From Candidatus Versatilivorator sp. (GTDB lineage Bacteria; Acidobacteriota; Terriglobia; Versatilivoradales; Versatilivoraceae), in the NCBI GenBank assembly GCA_965207735.1, contig OZ242296.1:2848001-2912000 (forward strand): a DNA stretch of 64,000 bases. Direction: 5' to 3'. Below are positions 8,036 through 17,547 of this stretch, piece after piece. The translations under genes and the position numbers were made by a program. The notes below the pieces were generated by a model. It saw only the letters and a list, made by a program, of their open reading frames with translations, was not told the DNA's origin and searched no databases. Every line of letters starts with the position of its first letter. The first letter of the stretch is position 1.

Positions 8036-10726
8036 CTATTCCCGTCGCTTCCAGGTTTCGAAGTTCCACAGCTCCGAATCCCAGGCGTTCATCCAGACAC
8101 CCTCGATGTGGTTGGAGTGAGCCGACACGAATCCCCGGTGAACCAGGGGGACGATTGCGTAGCTGCCGACCAGCAGGTCGTTGAGCGCAATGGTGATCCG
8201 GTTGCGCCGTTGGGTGTCGACCGTGTTCTGCAGCTCGGCGAAGAGCCGGTCGTATTCGTCGGACTGGAAGCGCGGGACGTTTGAGCCGAGATAGGAGTTG
8301 GCCGCTCGAGCGATCTCGGTGGTCACCCAGGAGCCCAGGTAGCTCTCCGGGTCCACGCTGCTTCCGCTGTTGGCGTACATCTGAACGTCGGCGTAAAACT
8401 TGCCCACGGTGTCCGGGCTGGTGATGTCATCCCCGAAGAACACGCCGGGATTGACATGCTTCAGTTGGGTCTCGACGCCGAGTTCCGCCCACCATCCCTT
8501 GATCAGCTCCTGGGAAGTCTGGCGCACCGAATTGGTCGCAGTCTGGAAAAGGATCCTGAGCGGAACGCCTTCCCGCTCCCGCACGCCGTCGCCGTCGGAA
8601 TCGACGATCCCGGCATCGTCCAGAATCTCCCTGGCGAGATCCATGTTCTGAACCAGGCATTCGTCATTGTTGGTCGATGCCTGGGCAGCCGGAGCGGGCC
8701 AGACGTTGCAGGTCGGACGCCCGGCCTGCTCCCCGTAACCGGTTCTGACCAGGGTGTTGCGGTCGATTGCCAGAGAGAGCGCCCGCCCGACGATCGGATC
8801 GGTCAGGAACGGGTGGGGGTTGGCGCCGTCCGCGTGCTCTGAACGAAGATCGCCCAGGCCGGGGTCCGGATTGGTCTGGTTCAGCACCAGGCGCTCGACC
8901 AGGGTGGTGAAGGCCGAGACAACGGTTCCGCCCCCGCCCTCCGAGATCGAAGCCAGCACTTCAGGTTCGATCTGGAGGTTCCAGGCATAGTCGGCCTCGT
9001 TGGCCTCGAACAGGGACCGTGCCGCGGCCTCGGCCGTCCCGCCGCCTTTCAGGATCACTTCACCGAAAAAGGGAAGGCCCGACCGGACGCCCCGGTAGTG
9101 CGGATTGAACTCGTAGAGGATGGTGCCGTCTGCGCCGAAGTCGGACACGAGATAGGGACCCGTGCCGATAGGTCCCAGGTTCGCTTCGGTGCAGCCGGCC
9201 GCCGCCTCGCCCAGGCAGTCGGCGAACTGCGCGGCTTGCAGGATCGGGCTCAGGCTGGACACGAACGGGGAGTAGGGGAACGACGTCGGTTCAACGAATG
9301 TAATGGTGACGGTTCGCTCGTCGACGGCGTCGACGGAGGCCACGTTCTCGAAGGCCCGCGCCCGGGCGCAGCCACCTCCGGGAGCGGTGCAGTAGCGCCA
9401 GGTAAAGACGACATCGTCGGCGGTCACCGGGGTGCCGTCGGACCAGAGCGCATCCTCCCGAATAGTCCAGGTGATGCTGGTCCGGTCCGCGGAGAAACCG
9501 CCGTTCTCGGTGGTCGGCACTCGCGTGGCCAGGACGGGGACGATCTCGCCGTCAGGGGTGTACTCGGCCAGGGGCTCGATGACCAGCGATGCCGCTTCGG
9601 CATCCTTGGTGCCTCGGGACAGGTACGGGTTGAGAATGGTCGGCGCCTGCCAGTAGAGGAGCGTGGCGCTGCCCCCCTGTCCGGCACCCTGGGTGTCGTC
9701 CCCTGGTGGAGAACCGGACCCGCCGTCATCTTCGTGATCCAGGTCTTCCGGATAGTAGCCGGCGGCGAGCAGGACAGGCACCCCGAAGACCATGACCCTC
9801 TTGACGAAAGTCACCTTGCGTGCCTGCAGTCCGGTATAGGGATTGCGCGTCGTGTAGTAGAGGAAGGTTTCTCCGAAGGCATCGGCGACGCCCAGGATGT
9901 CCCGGCCGCCGAAGGTTCCGACAAAGCTCGGGTCCAACTCGGATACGCTGGTGCCGTACGGGTGACTGTAAGGATCCCCGGTGAAGAGCGCGTTGCCGTA
10001 GGTATCCAGGCCGAACAGGTAGACCGAGCCGCTTCTCCAACGGGGATCGAACGACAGAGCGAAAGTGGCGAAGTATCCCCTCGATTCCAGATCCATGGCG
10101 GCACAACGGACAAACTCCTGCAAACTTGCCTGGGAGGGATCGGCGTCCAGCATGGCGGCGTTGACCTCGTCCCCGCGGCAGGTGCCGGGAATATCCCGGC
10201 GGTAGATCCCCGCGCCGATCCTGGAAGGCACCCCGTTCCAGTCGATGGCCTTGAAGTAGGAAGCCTTCGGCTCATCCCGGCCCGTCACGGGATTGGCGAA
10301 CGAATAGTAGGACCAACCCTCGCCAAATTGACTCACGACACGGTCCCCTTCCAGGGCGAGGTCGCTGCCGAAATTGTCGATCAGAGGTCCCTGCGGTATT
10401 CCCTCTCTCGAAGGGTTGGGTGGGAAGACGAACAATCGAGCTGCCCCCGGGGCCGGCGACAGTTCGACGACGACAATATAGATCGAACCACTCCTCCAAC
10501 GCTCTTCCTGGTGGAAGGCCCGCCGGGCCGCCTCGGGGCCCACTTTCTGAACCAACTCGTAGGCGCATTGAACGAAAACTCGAATGTCTTCCTCCGTACG
10601 CACGGAGCCGGCGACGATGGCGCTGTCCTCGCAAGTCGGCGCTTCACTGCCTACCTCTGCGCCGACAACCGGCGCGGCAATCACAAGGATCAAGAGCAAT
10701 GGCAAACAATACAATTGGTGTCGCAT
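8036..10726 (-). CDS. Tandem Cache-like domains fused to peptide/nickel ABC substrate-binding domain (family 5)
   Basis: Signal peptide MRHQLYCLPLLL; two repeats (RWRSGS.Y / Y..NP.TG..K..Y/F / AG.Y); C-terminal WQAPTILNPYLS, WSDGTPVTADDVVFT, GTGPY. Confidence 0.8.
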   Translation of the reverse strand: MRHQLYCLPLLLILVIAAPVVGAEVGSEAPTCEDSAIVAGSVRTEEDIRVFVQCAYELVQKVGPEAARRAFHQEERWRSGSIYIVVVELSPAPGAARLFVFPPNPSREGIPQGPLIDNFGSDLALEGDRVVSQFGEGWSYYSFANPVTGRDEPKASYFKAIDWNGVPSRIGAGIYRRDIPGTCRGDEVNAAMLDADPSQASLQEFVRCAAMDLESRGYFATFALSFDPRWRSGSVYLFGLDTYGNALFTGDPYSHPYGTSVSELDPSFVGTFGGRDILGVADAFGETFLYYTTRNPYTGLQARKVTFVKRVMVFGVPVLLAAGYYPEDLDHEDDGGSGSPPGDDTQGAGQGGSATLLYWQAPTILNPYLSRGTKDAEAASLVIEPLAEYTPDGEIVPVLATRVPTTENGGFSADRTSITWTIREDALWSDGTPVTADDVVFTWRYCTAPGGGCARARAFENVASVDAVDERTVTITFVEPTSFPYSPFVSSLSPILQAAQFADCLGEAAAGCTEANLGPIGTGPYLVSDFGADGTILYEFNPHYRGVRSGLPFFGEVILKGGGTAEAAARSLFEANEADYAWNLQIEPEVLASISEGGGGTVVSAFTTLVERLVLNQTNPDPGLGDLRSEHADGANPHPFLTDPIVGRALSLAIDRNTLVRTGYGEQAGRPTCNVWPAPAAQASTNNDECLVQNMDLAREILDDAGIVDSDGDGVREREGVPLRILFQTATNSVRQTSQELIKGWWAELGVETQLKHVNPGVFFGDDITSPDTVGKFYADVQMYANSGSSVDPESYLGSWVTTEIARAANSYLGSNVPRFQSDEYDRLFAELQNTVDTQRRNRITIALNDLLVGSYAIVPLVHRGFVSAHSNHIEGVWMNAWDSELWNFETWKRRE

Positions 10727-10800
10727 ACCTATATATTTCGGAAAACCGGACAAAAGGTCAAGGCACGGCCCTACCTGCCTTACTACTGTCATGAGATGAT

Positions 10801-10835
10801 GCCCCCCGGGAGCGCGGGCGTCCCGCCCGCATCCT
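10801..10835. repeat. REP-like GGGAGCGCGGGCGTCCCGCCCGCA unit
   Basis: Same unit at ~36921-36952 and inverted at ~37195-37226. Confidence 0.65.
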
Positions 10836-10940
10836 TGTTCCTGACAACGCTTGGTCCCCGCCGACAAGGTTACCGGCAATCGCGAAGAGGGCCAAGCCAC
10901 TCCCACGCCGAATTGCATTCCATCATCCTCTCCTACTGGG

Positions 10941-10953
10941 AATCAACAACTTA
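10941..10953 (+). promoter_or_regulatory. IHF-like binding site
   Basis: AATCAACAACTTA matches WATCAANNNNTTR; identical 13-mer at 55467-55479 in the IS1634 end. Confidence 0.4.
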
Positions 10954-11027
10954 CGAACGATGTTGGGCCAGTTTAGGGTAGAATCCCGAAAAATTGTCAT
11001 TCCTTTCCTTGAAGACGAGCTAACGAT

Positions 11028-14000
11028 TTGGGTAGCCAAAACAGAATTGTCGGGACTTCTCAGCCCGCGGCCGCGGGTTCGGCCAATCCTTTGCTCGACG
11101 CCCGGCCGGAAGCTGCCACGCCGACACCCCGTCAAGAACCACCCTCCAGGCCGCGCTGCCTTTCCCTCGATCTGGAGATAAGCAAAAAAAACGGCCGTAT
11201 CCGTGCCTTCGGCGCGGTGCGGGCGGATACCGGGCAAGGGTATTCCGGCGGCGGTTCGGCATCGGAGTTGGCGAAGCTCGACGATCTGGCCCACGAGGTG
11301 TCCTTCCTTTTGGGCCACAATCTGATCGACTTCGACCTGCCTCATCTCGCGGCCGCACGGCCCGGCCTGCGGCTTCTCGAGCTGCCGGCGGTGGACACCT
11401 TGCGTCTCAGCCCCCTGGCCTTTCCACGCAATCCCTATCATGGCCTCGTCAAGCATTATCAGGACGGGGGGCTCAAGCGCGGGCGCGTGAACGACCCGGA
11501 GCTGGACTCAAGGTTGGCCCTGAAAGTATTCAGCGATCAGCAGGTGGCCCTGAAGGAGACGGCCGCGGATCTGCTCACGGCCTGGCACTGGCTGACCACC
11601 CTGGAGTCCGGGGTCCTGGACCGCGGACTGGACGATTTCTTCTCGAAGCTTCGCGATGCAAGGAGACCCTCGGACGGCCAGGCCCGGGCGGCCATAGCCC
11701 GGCGACTCTTGGGTATTGCCTGCGTGACTCAGGGGTGGGAGGTCTTGAGCAAGGCGAGAAACTGCGGCTGGGCTCTGGCCTACACGCTGGCATGGCTGTC
11801 GGTAGCGGGCGGAAACTCGGTGATGCCGCCCTGGGTGCGGCATCAGTTTCCCGAAGCAGGCCGCCTTGTGCGCCGGCTCAGAGACACGGCCTGCACCGAT
11901 CCCGCTTGCGGCTGGTGCCGGGAACGGCACGATGCCCGCAAGGAGCTGAAGCGCTGGTTCGGCTTCGACGACTATCGGCCCAAGCCGGTGGACGAGAGCG
12001 GACGCCCCCTGCAGCAGGCCATCGTGGAGGAAGCGATGGCGGGCAAGCACTTGCTGGGCATTCTGCCGACCGGTGCCGGCAAGTCTGTCTGCTACCAGGT
12101 CCCGGCCCTGTCCCGCTATTACAACACCGGCGCCCTCACGGTGGTGATCTCACCCCTGGTTGCCCTGATGGCGGATCAGGTGGCGGGGCTGGAGTCGCGC
12201 GGGATCGTCTTCTGCGTGACCGTCAACGGGCTCCTGTCCATGCCCGAACGGGCAGAAGTCCTGGATCGGGTTCGCCTGGGGGATGCAGGAATCCTCATCA
12301 TTTCGCCGGAGCAGCTCCGCTCCCGTTCCCTGCGCCGAGCACTCAATCAGCGTGAGATCGGCGGCTGGGTGCTGGACGAGGCCCACTGCCTGTCGCGCTG
12401 GGGCCATGACTTTCGCCCCGACTATCGCTATGTGGGACGCTTCATCCGAGAAAAGGCGGGCGCCGGGCCGGTACCGCCGGTGTTGTGCCTGACCGCCACC
12501 GCCAAGCCCGACGTGACCGAGGACATCAAAGGACACTTTCAGGACAAGCTCGGCATCGAATTGAAGGTCTTCGACGGCGGGGCCGACAGGCCCAACCTCA
12601 CTTTCGAGGTGATTCCGACCTCGGGAGACAAGAAGTTCAGCGACATTCACCAAGTCCTGACGTCCTATCTGCCGGCTGACACGCCCGGCGGGGCCATCGT
12701 CTACTGCGCGACCCGGCGGCAGAGCGAGGATGTGGCCGAATACCTGCAGGTGAAGGAGGTCGAGGCGGAGTATTTTCACGCGGGCCTGCAGCCGGAAAGC
12801 AAGAAGGAGGTGCAGCGCCGCTTCATCCACGGCGATCTGCGCGCCATCGTGGCGACCAATGCCTTCGGCATGGGGATAGACAAGCCGGACGTGCGGCTGG
12901 TCATTCACGGCGATATTCCGGGGTCTCTGGAAAACTATCTCCAGGAGGCCGGCCGCGCCGGGCGTGACCGCGCATCGGCGCGTTGCGTGCTGCTGTACGA
13001 GCCCGAAGACGCGGAGCGCCAGTTCGGGATGTCGGCCCGTTCGCGGCTGACCCGAAGAGAGATTCACGGCATCCTCAGGGCATTGCGCAACCTGGACCGT
13101 AAGAAGCAGTTGGGCGGCGAAGTGGTGGCCACCCCGGGCGAGATCCTGGGCGAGGACGAGGAAAAGGCGTTCGAGCGGGACTCCGCCACAGACGATACCC
13201 GGGTACGCACCGCCGTTGCTTGGCTGGAGGAGTCGGAGCTGCTGACGCGGGAGGAAAACGCCGTCCAGGTGTTTCCGTCCTCGCTGCGGGTGAGCTCGGT
13301 TGAGGAGGCCGGCAAGCGTCTTGAGCGAGCAGGTATCACCGAAGACTACCGCCGCCAGTTGTTGCGCATTACCCAGGTGTTGATCGAGGCCGACGCCGAC
13401 GAGGGCATCACCACCGATCAACTGATGGAAAATTCAGGACTGGGTCCCGAGGGCGTGCGCACGGCTTTGTACGACCTGGAGCGGCTGGGCATTGCCAGCA
13501 ACGACACCGTTCTGACCGCATTCGTTCACGCCGGCGTGGAGCGCGCATCCCGCAGGCGTCTGCAGCAAGCGGCCGACCTGGAGACGGCCCTGATCTCGCA
13601 CCTGCGTGAGGCGGCGCCGGACCTGGGCAAGGGAGATACCTCCTCCCTGCATCTGCGTATGGCCTCCCAGTTCCTGCGGGACCAGGGATTGACCGATCCC
13701 CTGCCGGAGCGGCTCTGGCGCATCATCCAAGGCATTGCCTACGACGGGCGCGGCGAGGACGGCGCCGCCGGCAGCCTCACCGTGCGGAAACTGGACGCGG
13801 AGACCGTACGGGTGACGCTGCGGCGCGAGTGGAGGCTCCTGGAGGAGGTTGCCGGCATCCGGCGGCAGGCGGCTGTCCGGCTGCTGGATCATCTGCTTTC
13901 CTGCCTGCCGCCGGGGAGCCGGGGTACGGACCTGCTGGCCGAGACGACGCTCGGCAAGCTGACACGGGCCGTTGAGTCCGATCTGATTTTGAGGAGCCGA

Positions 14001-16256
14001 GTCCGGCGTCCGGACAAGCTTTTGGAACGGGCGCTAATGTGGCTGCACGAGCAGGAGGTGATCCAGCTCAACAAGGGCCTGGCGGTGTTCCGTCCAGCCA
14101 TGACCATTCGCCTGCAACAGCGAGACCGTCGCGGTTTCGCCAAGGCCGATTTCGAGCCGCTAGCGTTCCACTACACCGGACAGATCCTGCAGATCCACGT
14201 GATGGCCGAGTTCGCCAAGCGCGGCTTGGTCGCCATGAGCGAGGCGCTGCGTCTGGCAATGGACTATTTCACCCTGGAGGAAGAAACGTTTCTGGAACGC
14301 TGGCTGCCCGGCCGGGACAGAGAGATCAGACGCCAGACCACCCTGAAGTCATGGCGCAAGATCGTGGAGGACCTGAAGAACCCCGTCCAGCAGCGCATCG
14401 TTGCCGACGACCGCGAGGAGACCAACGTGCTGATTCTGGCGGGCCCGGGCTCCGGCAAGACGCGGGTGCTGGTGCATCGGATCGCCTATCTGATACGGGT
14501 GCGGCGCGAGAGCCCTCGGGGCATCCTGGCTCTGGCCTACAACCGTCACGCGGCGGTCGATATCCGGCGGCGCCTCCGGGAGTTGATCGGAGACGATGCG
14601 CGCGGCGTTACCGTGCTTACCTGCCACGCCCTGGCGATGCGGCTGGCCGGAGCCAGCTTCACGGGGCGGGCGGAGCGCCCCGACGACGAATTATTCCGGG
14701 AGGTGATCCGCCGCGCGGTAGCCTTGCTGCATGGCGAGAACCTGCCGGCGGAGGAGGCGGGCGAGAGGCGGGAACGCCTGCTGGCCGGCTTCCGTTGGAT
14801 CCTGGTGGACGAGTACCAGGACATCGGGTCGGACCAGTATGAGCTGATCTCGGCCCTGGCCGGGCGAACGCTGGAGGACGAAGCGGGCAAGCTCACCCTG
14901 TTCGCGGTAGGCGACGACGACCAGAACATCTACGCCTTCAACGGCACCTCGGTGGAATTCATCCGGCGATTCGAGCAGGATTATGGCCCCAAGCCTACCT
15001 ATCTGACGGCAAACTACCGTTCCACGCGCCACATCGTGGCGGCGGCCAACGCCGTGATCGAGCCGGCGCGAGAACGGATGAAGGCCGGTCATCCCATCCA
15101 GGTCGATCGGGCGCGCGCCAAGGACCCTGCGGGGGGCGCCTGGGAAGGCCTCGATCCCGTCTCCAGGGGACGGGTGCAGATCCTGCCGGCCGGAGGCGAT
15201 CCCGTCTCTCAGGCGGGTTTTGTCATGGGTGAGCTCTTGCGTCTGTCCCGCCTGTCACCCGATTGGGACTGGTCGCGTTGCGCCGTGATCGCGCGCGAAT
15301 GGGAGTACCTGGTTCCGGTGCGCGCCTTCTGCGAGGTACATGGCATTCCTGCGCAAATGGGAAACGAGGAAATCCCAAGCTTCTGGCGCCTTCGGGAGAC
15401 CCGGGCGCTGGTGGAATGGCTGCGAAGGCGGAATCCTCGCCTGGTCGATAGCGACGCTCTGGAGGCCTGGGCGAAGTCACGTCCGTCCGATCCCTGGCAC
15501 GACCTGCTGCGTCAGGCCATAGGGGAGCACAAGCTGGAAAGCGGCGGCGGGGAAACGCCGGTCGATCACTTCATCGAATGGCTGGCGGAGTGGGGGAGGG
15601 ACATACGCCGTCGCCAGCACGGCCTCCTGCTGCTGACCGGCCACCGGGCCAAGGGACTCGAGTTCGACCACGTGGCCGTGCTCGACGGGGGCTGGGACCG
15701 CATCGGATCCGGTGAGGGCCCGGACGACCCGCGGCGGCTTTACTACGTGGCCATGACCCGCGCCCGCCAGACCTTGGTGCTGGCGCGGTTCCACCGACGT
15801 CACAGGCTCCAGGATGGGTTGGCCCGGCATCCCTCCGTGATGCTCCGCGAGGCTGTCGAGCTTCCCCCGAGTTCCGCGGCGATCCAAAATCACTACGTCA
15901 GGGTCGGCCTTCAAGACGTGGACCTCGGCTTCGCCGGACGCCGTTGGGCGGGTGACCGGATCCACCAGGCCATCGGCGCGCTGTCACCCGGCGATTCCCT
16001 GCAGGTAGGGGTTGGCAAAAAGGGGCAATGGGAGTTGCTGAACCGTGCGGGGAGGGTGGTGGGACGGCTCGCCAAGAGCTTCAGCCCCCCACCCCGGAAA
16101 TCCTGCCGGTCGGCCGGAGTGCTGGCCATAGTCGGCTGGAGCCGCGAGGCCTCAGACCCGGACTACCGGGACAGCCTGAGATCCGATTCCTGGGAGGTGG
16201 TCGTCCCGGAGTTGGTGTTCCAGCCTGACGGACCTGAAGCCCGGAGGGAGGCCTAA
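11028..16256 (+). CDS. RecQ-family helicase fused to UvrD/Rep helicase, N-terminal exonuclease-like region (start uncertain)
   Basis: LDLE and GHNLIDFD (DEDD-like); PTGAGKS, DEAHC..WGHDFRP, QEAGRAGRD (RecQ); AGPGSGKT, VDEYQD, VGDDDQ, NYRS, AKGLEF, YVAMTRAR (UvrD). Confidence 0.9.
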   Translation: MGSQNRIVGTSQPAAAGSANPLLDARPEAATPTPRQEPPSRPRCLSLDLEISKKNGRIRAFGAVRADTGQGYSGGGSASELAKLDDLAHEVSFLLGHNLIDFDLPHLAAARPGLRLLELPAVDTLRLSPLAFPRNPYHGLVKHYQDGGLKRGRVNDPELDSRLALKVFSDQQVALKETAADLLTAWHWLTTLESGVLDRGLDDFFSKLRDARRPSDGQARAAIARRLLGIACVTQGWEVLSKARNCGWALAYTLAWLSVAGGNSVMPPWVRHQFPEAGRLVRRLRDTACTDPACGWCRERHDARKELKRWFGFDDYRPKPVDESGRPLQQAIVEEAMAGKHLLGILPTGAGKSVCYQVPALSRYYNTGALTVVISPLVALMADQVAGLESRGIVFCVTVNGLLSMPERAEVLDRVRLGDAGILIISPEQLRSRSLRRALNQREIGGWVLDEAHCLSRWGHDFRPDYRYVGRFIREKAGAGPVPPVLCLTATAKPDVTEDIKGHFQDKLGIELKVFDGGADRPNLTFEVIPTSGDKKFSDIHQVLTSYLPADTPGGAIVYCATRRQSEDVAEYLQVKEVEAEYFHAGLQPESKKEVQRRFIHGDLRAIVATNAFGMGIDKPDVRLVIHGDIPGSLENYLQEAGRAGRDRASARCVLLYEPEDAERQFGMSARSRLTRREIHGILRALRNLDRKKQLGGEVVATPGEILGEDEEKAFERDSATDDTRVRTAVAWLEESELLTREENAVQVFPSSLRVSSVEEAGKRLERAGITEDYRRQLLRITQVLIEADADEGITTDQLMENSGLGPEGVRTALYDLERLGIASNDTVLTAFVHAGVERASRRRLQQAADLETALISHLREAAPDLGKGDTSSLHLRMASQFLRDQGLTDPLPERLWRIIQGIAYDGRGEDGAAGSLTVRKLDAETVRVTLRREWRLLEEVAGIRRQAAVRLLDHLLSCLPPGSRGTDLLAETTLGKLTRAVESDLILRSRVRRPDKLLERALMWLHEQEVIQLNKGLAVFRPAMTIRLQQRDRRGFAKADFEPLAFHYTGQILQIHVMAEFAKRGLVAMSEALRLAMDYFTLEEETFLERWLPGRDREIRRQTTLKSWRKIVEDLKNPVQQRIVADDREETNVLILAGPGSGKTRVLVHRIAYLIRVRRESPRGILALAYNRHAAVDIRRRLRELIGDDARGVTVLTCHALAMRLAGASFTGRAERPDDELFREVIRRAVALLHGENLPAEEAGERRERLLAGFRWILVDEYQDIGSDQYELISALAGRTLEDEAGKLTLFAVGDDDQNIYAFNGTSVEFIRRFEQDYGPKPTYLTANYRSTRHIVAAANAVIEPARERMKAGHPIQVDRARAKDPAGGAWEGLDPVSRGRVQILPAGGDPVSQAGFVMGELLRLSRLSPDWDWSRCAVIAREWEYLVPVRAFCEVHGIPAQMGNEEIPSFWRLRETRALVEWLRRRNPRLVDSDALEAWAKSRPSDPWHDLLRQAIGEHKLESGGGETPVDHFIEWLAEWGRDIRRRQHGLLLLTGHRAKGLEFDHVAVLDGGWDRIGSGEGPDDPRRLYYVAMTRARQTLVLARFHRRHRLQDGLARHPSVMLREAVELPPSSAAIQNHYVRVGLQDVDLGFAGRRWAGDRIHQAIGALSPGDSLQVGVGKKGQWELLNRAGRVVGRLAKSFSPPPRKSCRSAGVLAIVGWSREASDPDYRDSLRSDSWEVVVPELVFQPDGPEARREA

Positions 16257-16338
16257 GGCCGGCCTCGGCCTACGGCCAGCAGACCGGACTTGTAAGACCT
16301 CTCGGCCGGGCCCCGAAGGAGCAGATAGCCTCCAGCCC

Positions 16339-17481
16339 TCAACCCTTCGCTTTCGCTATCAGTTCGTTGTAGGTGTCGGAGGCGGCCTTGAGCCGCTTGA
16401 GAGCCTCGTCGGGCAGGGTGAGTTGCGTGCCCTTGAAGTTGTCCTCCACGTGCTCGGGTTTTTCTCCTCCGGAGAGGGCGCTGGTCACCTCGGGGTGAGA
16501 GAGCACCCAGGCCACGCACACTTGGGGGCGGCTGACTCCCAGTTCTTCGGCGACCCGATCCAGTTCCTGGATCACGCCTACCAGGGGAGATCCCTCCTCG
16601 GGCTCTCGACCCGGCACCAGTCTGCCTTCTCCCAGAGGACTGAAGGCCATCAGCCCCAGGTTGCCCTTGCGAATCAGCGGGAACAGCTCCTGGGTCATGA
16701 AGTCCCGGCGGGCGCCGGCCACGATGTTGTAGTAGTCCTCCAGGCCGGCAATACGGGATTTTCCGGACCGGTCAGGCCTCATTCCAATCTCGATCAGTTC
16801 GTCAACCTGTTTGGCCAGGTGGTTGGAAACCCCCCAGTAACGGATCTTGCCGGCCTGAACCAGGCTGTCCATGGTGTCGGCGATCATCTCCATGTGCTCC
16901 AGGGTCGCGGTGCCGGGAGGCGGCTCCGGACGTTCGGAGGACGGAGTAATCCCGTCTGGCCCGTGCAACAGGTAAATGTCGATGTAGTCGGTGTTCAGGC
17001 GTTTGAGACTGGCTTCGCACTTCTGGGTCAGAATCTCCTTGGTGAATGCCAGGGGCTCCTCACCGGCGGGATGTGGCGAGCCTTTGGTGGCGATCACCAC
17101 CTCGCTGCGCCGTCCGGCGACGCCGTTCCCCAATGCGGTTTCGGATCCTCCCATCCCGTAGCCTTCGGCGGAGTCGAAGAAGTTGATGCCGATGTCGATG
17201 CAGTGCCGGATCAGCTTGTGAGCTTCGGCATCCCCGCCCTCGCGGCTGAGATGGCGCCGGAAGGCCGTGCCCTGGCAGTGCCTGGAGACCCAGAGGTCGG
17301 TGTGGCCGAACTGCACCAGGTGAGAGGGACGGCTGGCGGACTCGGGCGGCGGTGGTGCCTGCTGGCAACCGGACAGCGGTGCCAACACTACCGAGCCGGC
17401 AGCCGCTCCGCAGGCCTTGAGGAAGGTCCTGCGATCGGCCGTGGAGTCGATGTGTCGCGGAAACAGGAGACGTTGGGGCAT
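16339..17481 (-). CDS. Aldo/keto reductase with Tat/lipoprotein signal (paralog 2)
   Basis: RRTFLK..LSGC; FDSAEGYG, IATK, SLKRLNTDYIDIYLLH, GKIRYWGVSN, AFSPLG. Confidence 0.9.
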   Translation of the reverse strand: MPQRLLFPRHIDSTADRRTFLKACGAAAGSVVLAPLSGCQQAPPPPESASRPSHLVQFGHTDLWVSRHCQGTAFRRHLSREGGDAEAHKLIRHCIDIGINFFDSAEGYGMGGSETALGNGVAGRRSEVVIATKGSPHPAGEEPLAFTKEILTQKCEASLKRLNTDYIDIYLLHGPDGITPSSERPEPPPGTATLEHMEMIADTMDSLVQAGKIRYWGVSNHLAKQVDELIEIGMRPDRSGKSRIAGLEDYYNIVAGARRDFMTQELFPLIRKGNLGLMAFSPLGEGRLVPGREPEEGSPLVGVIQELDRVAEELGVSRPQVCVAWVLSHPEVTSALSGGEKPEHVEDNFKGTQLTLPDEALKRLKAASDTYNELIAKAKG

Positions 17482-17547
17482 TGCGGTTTACCTTTCTGGA
17501 ATGGTGGTGGCGGCTGGCTGGAACCCCCAGACTGCCGCCCCTCGGCT

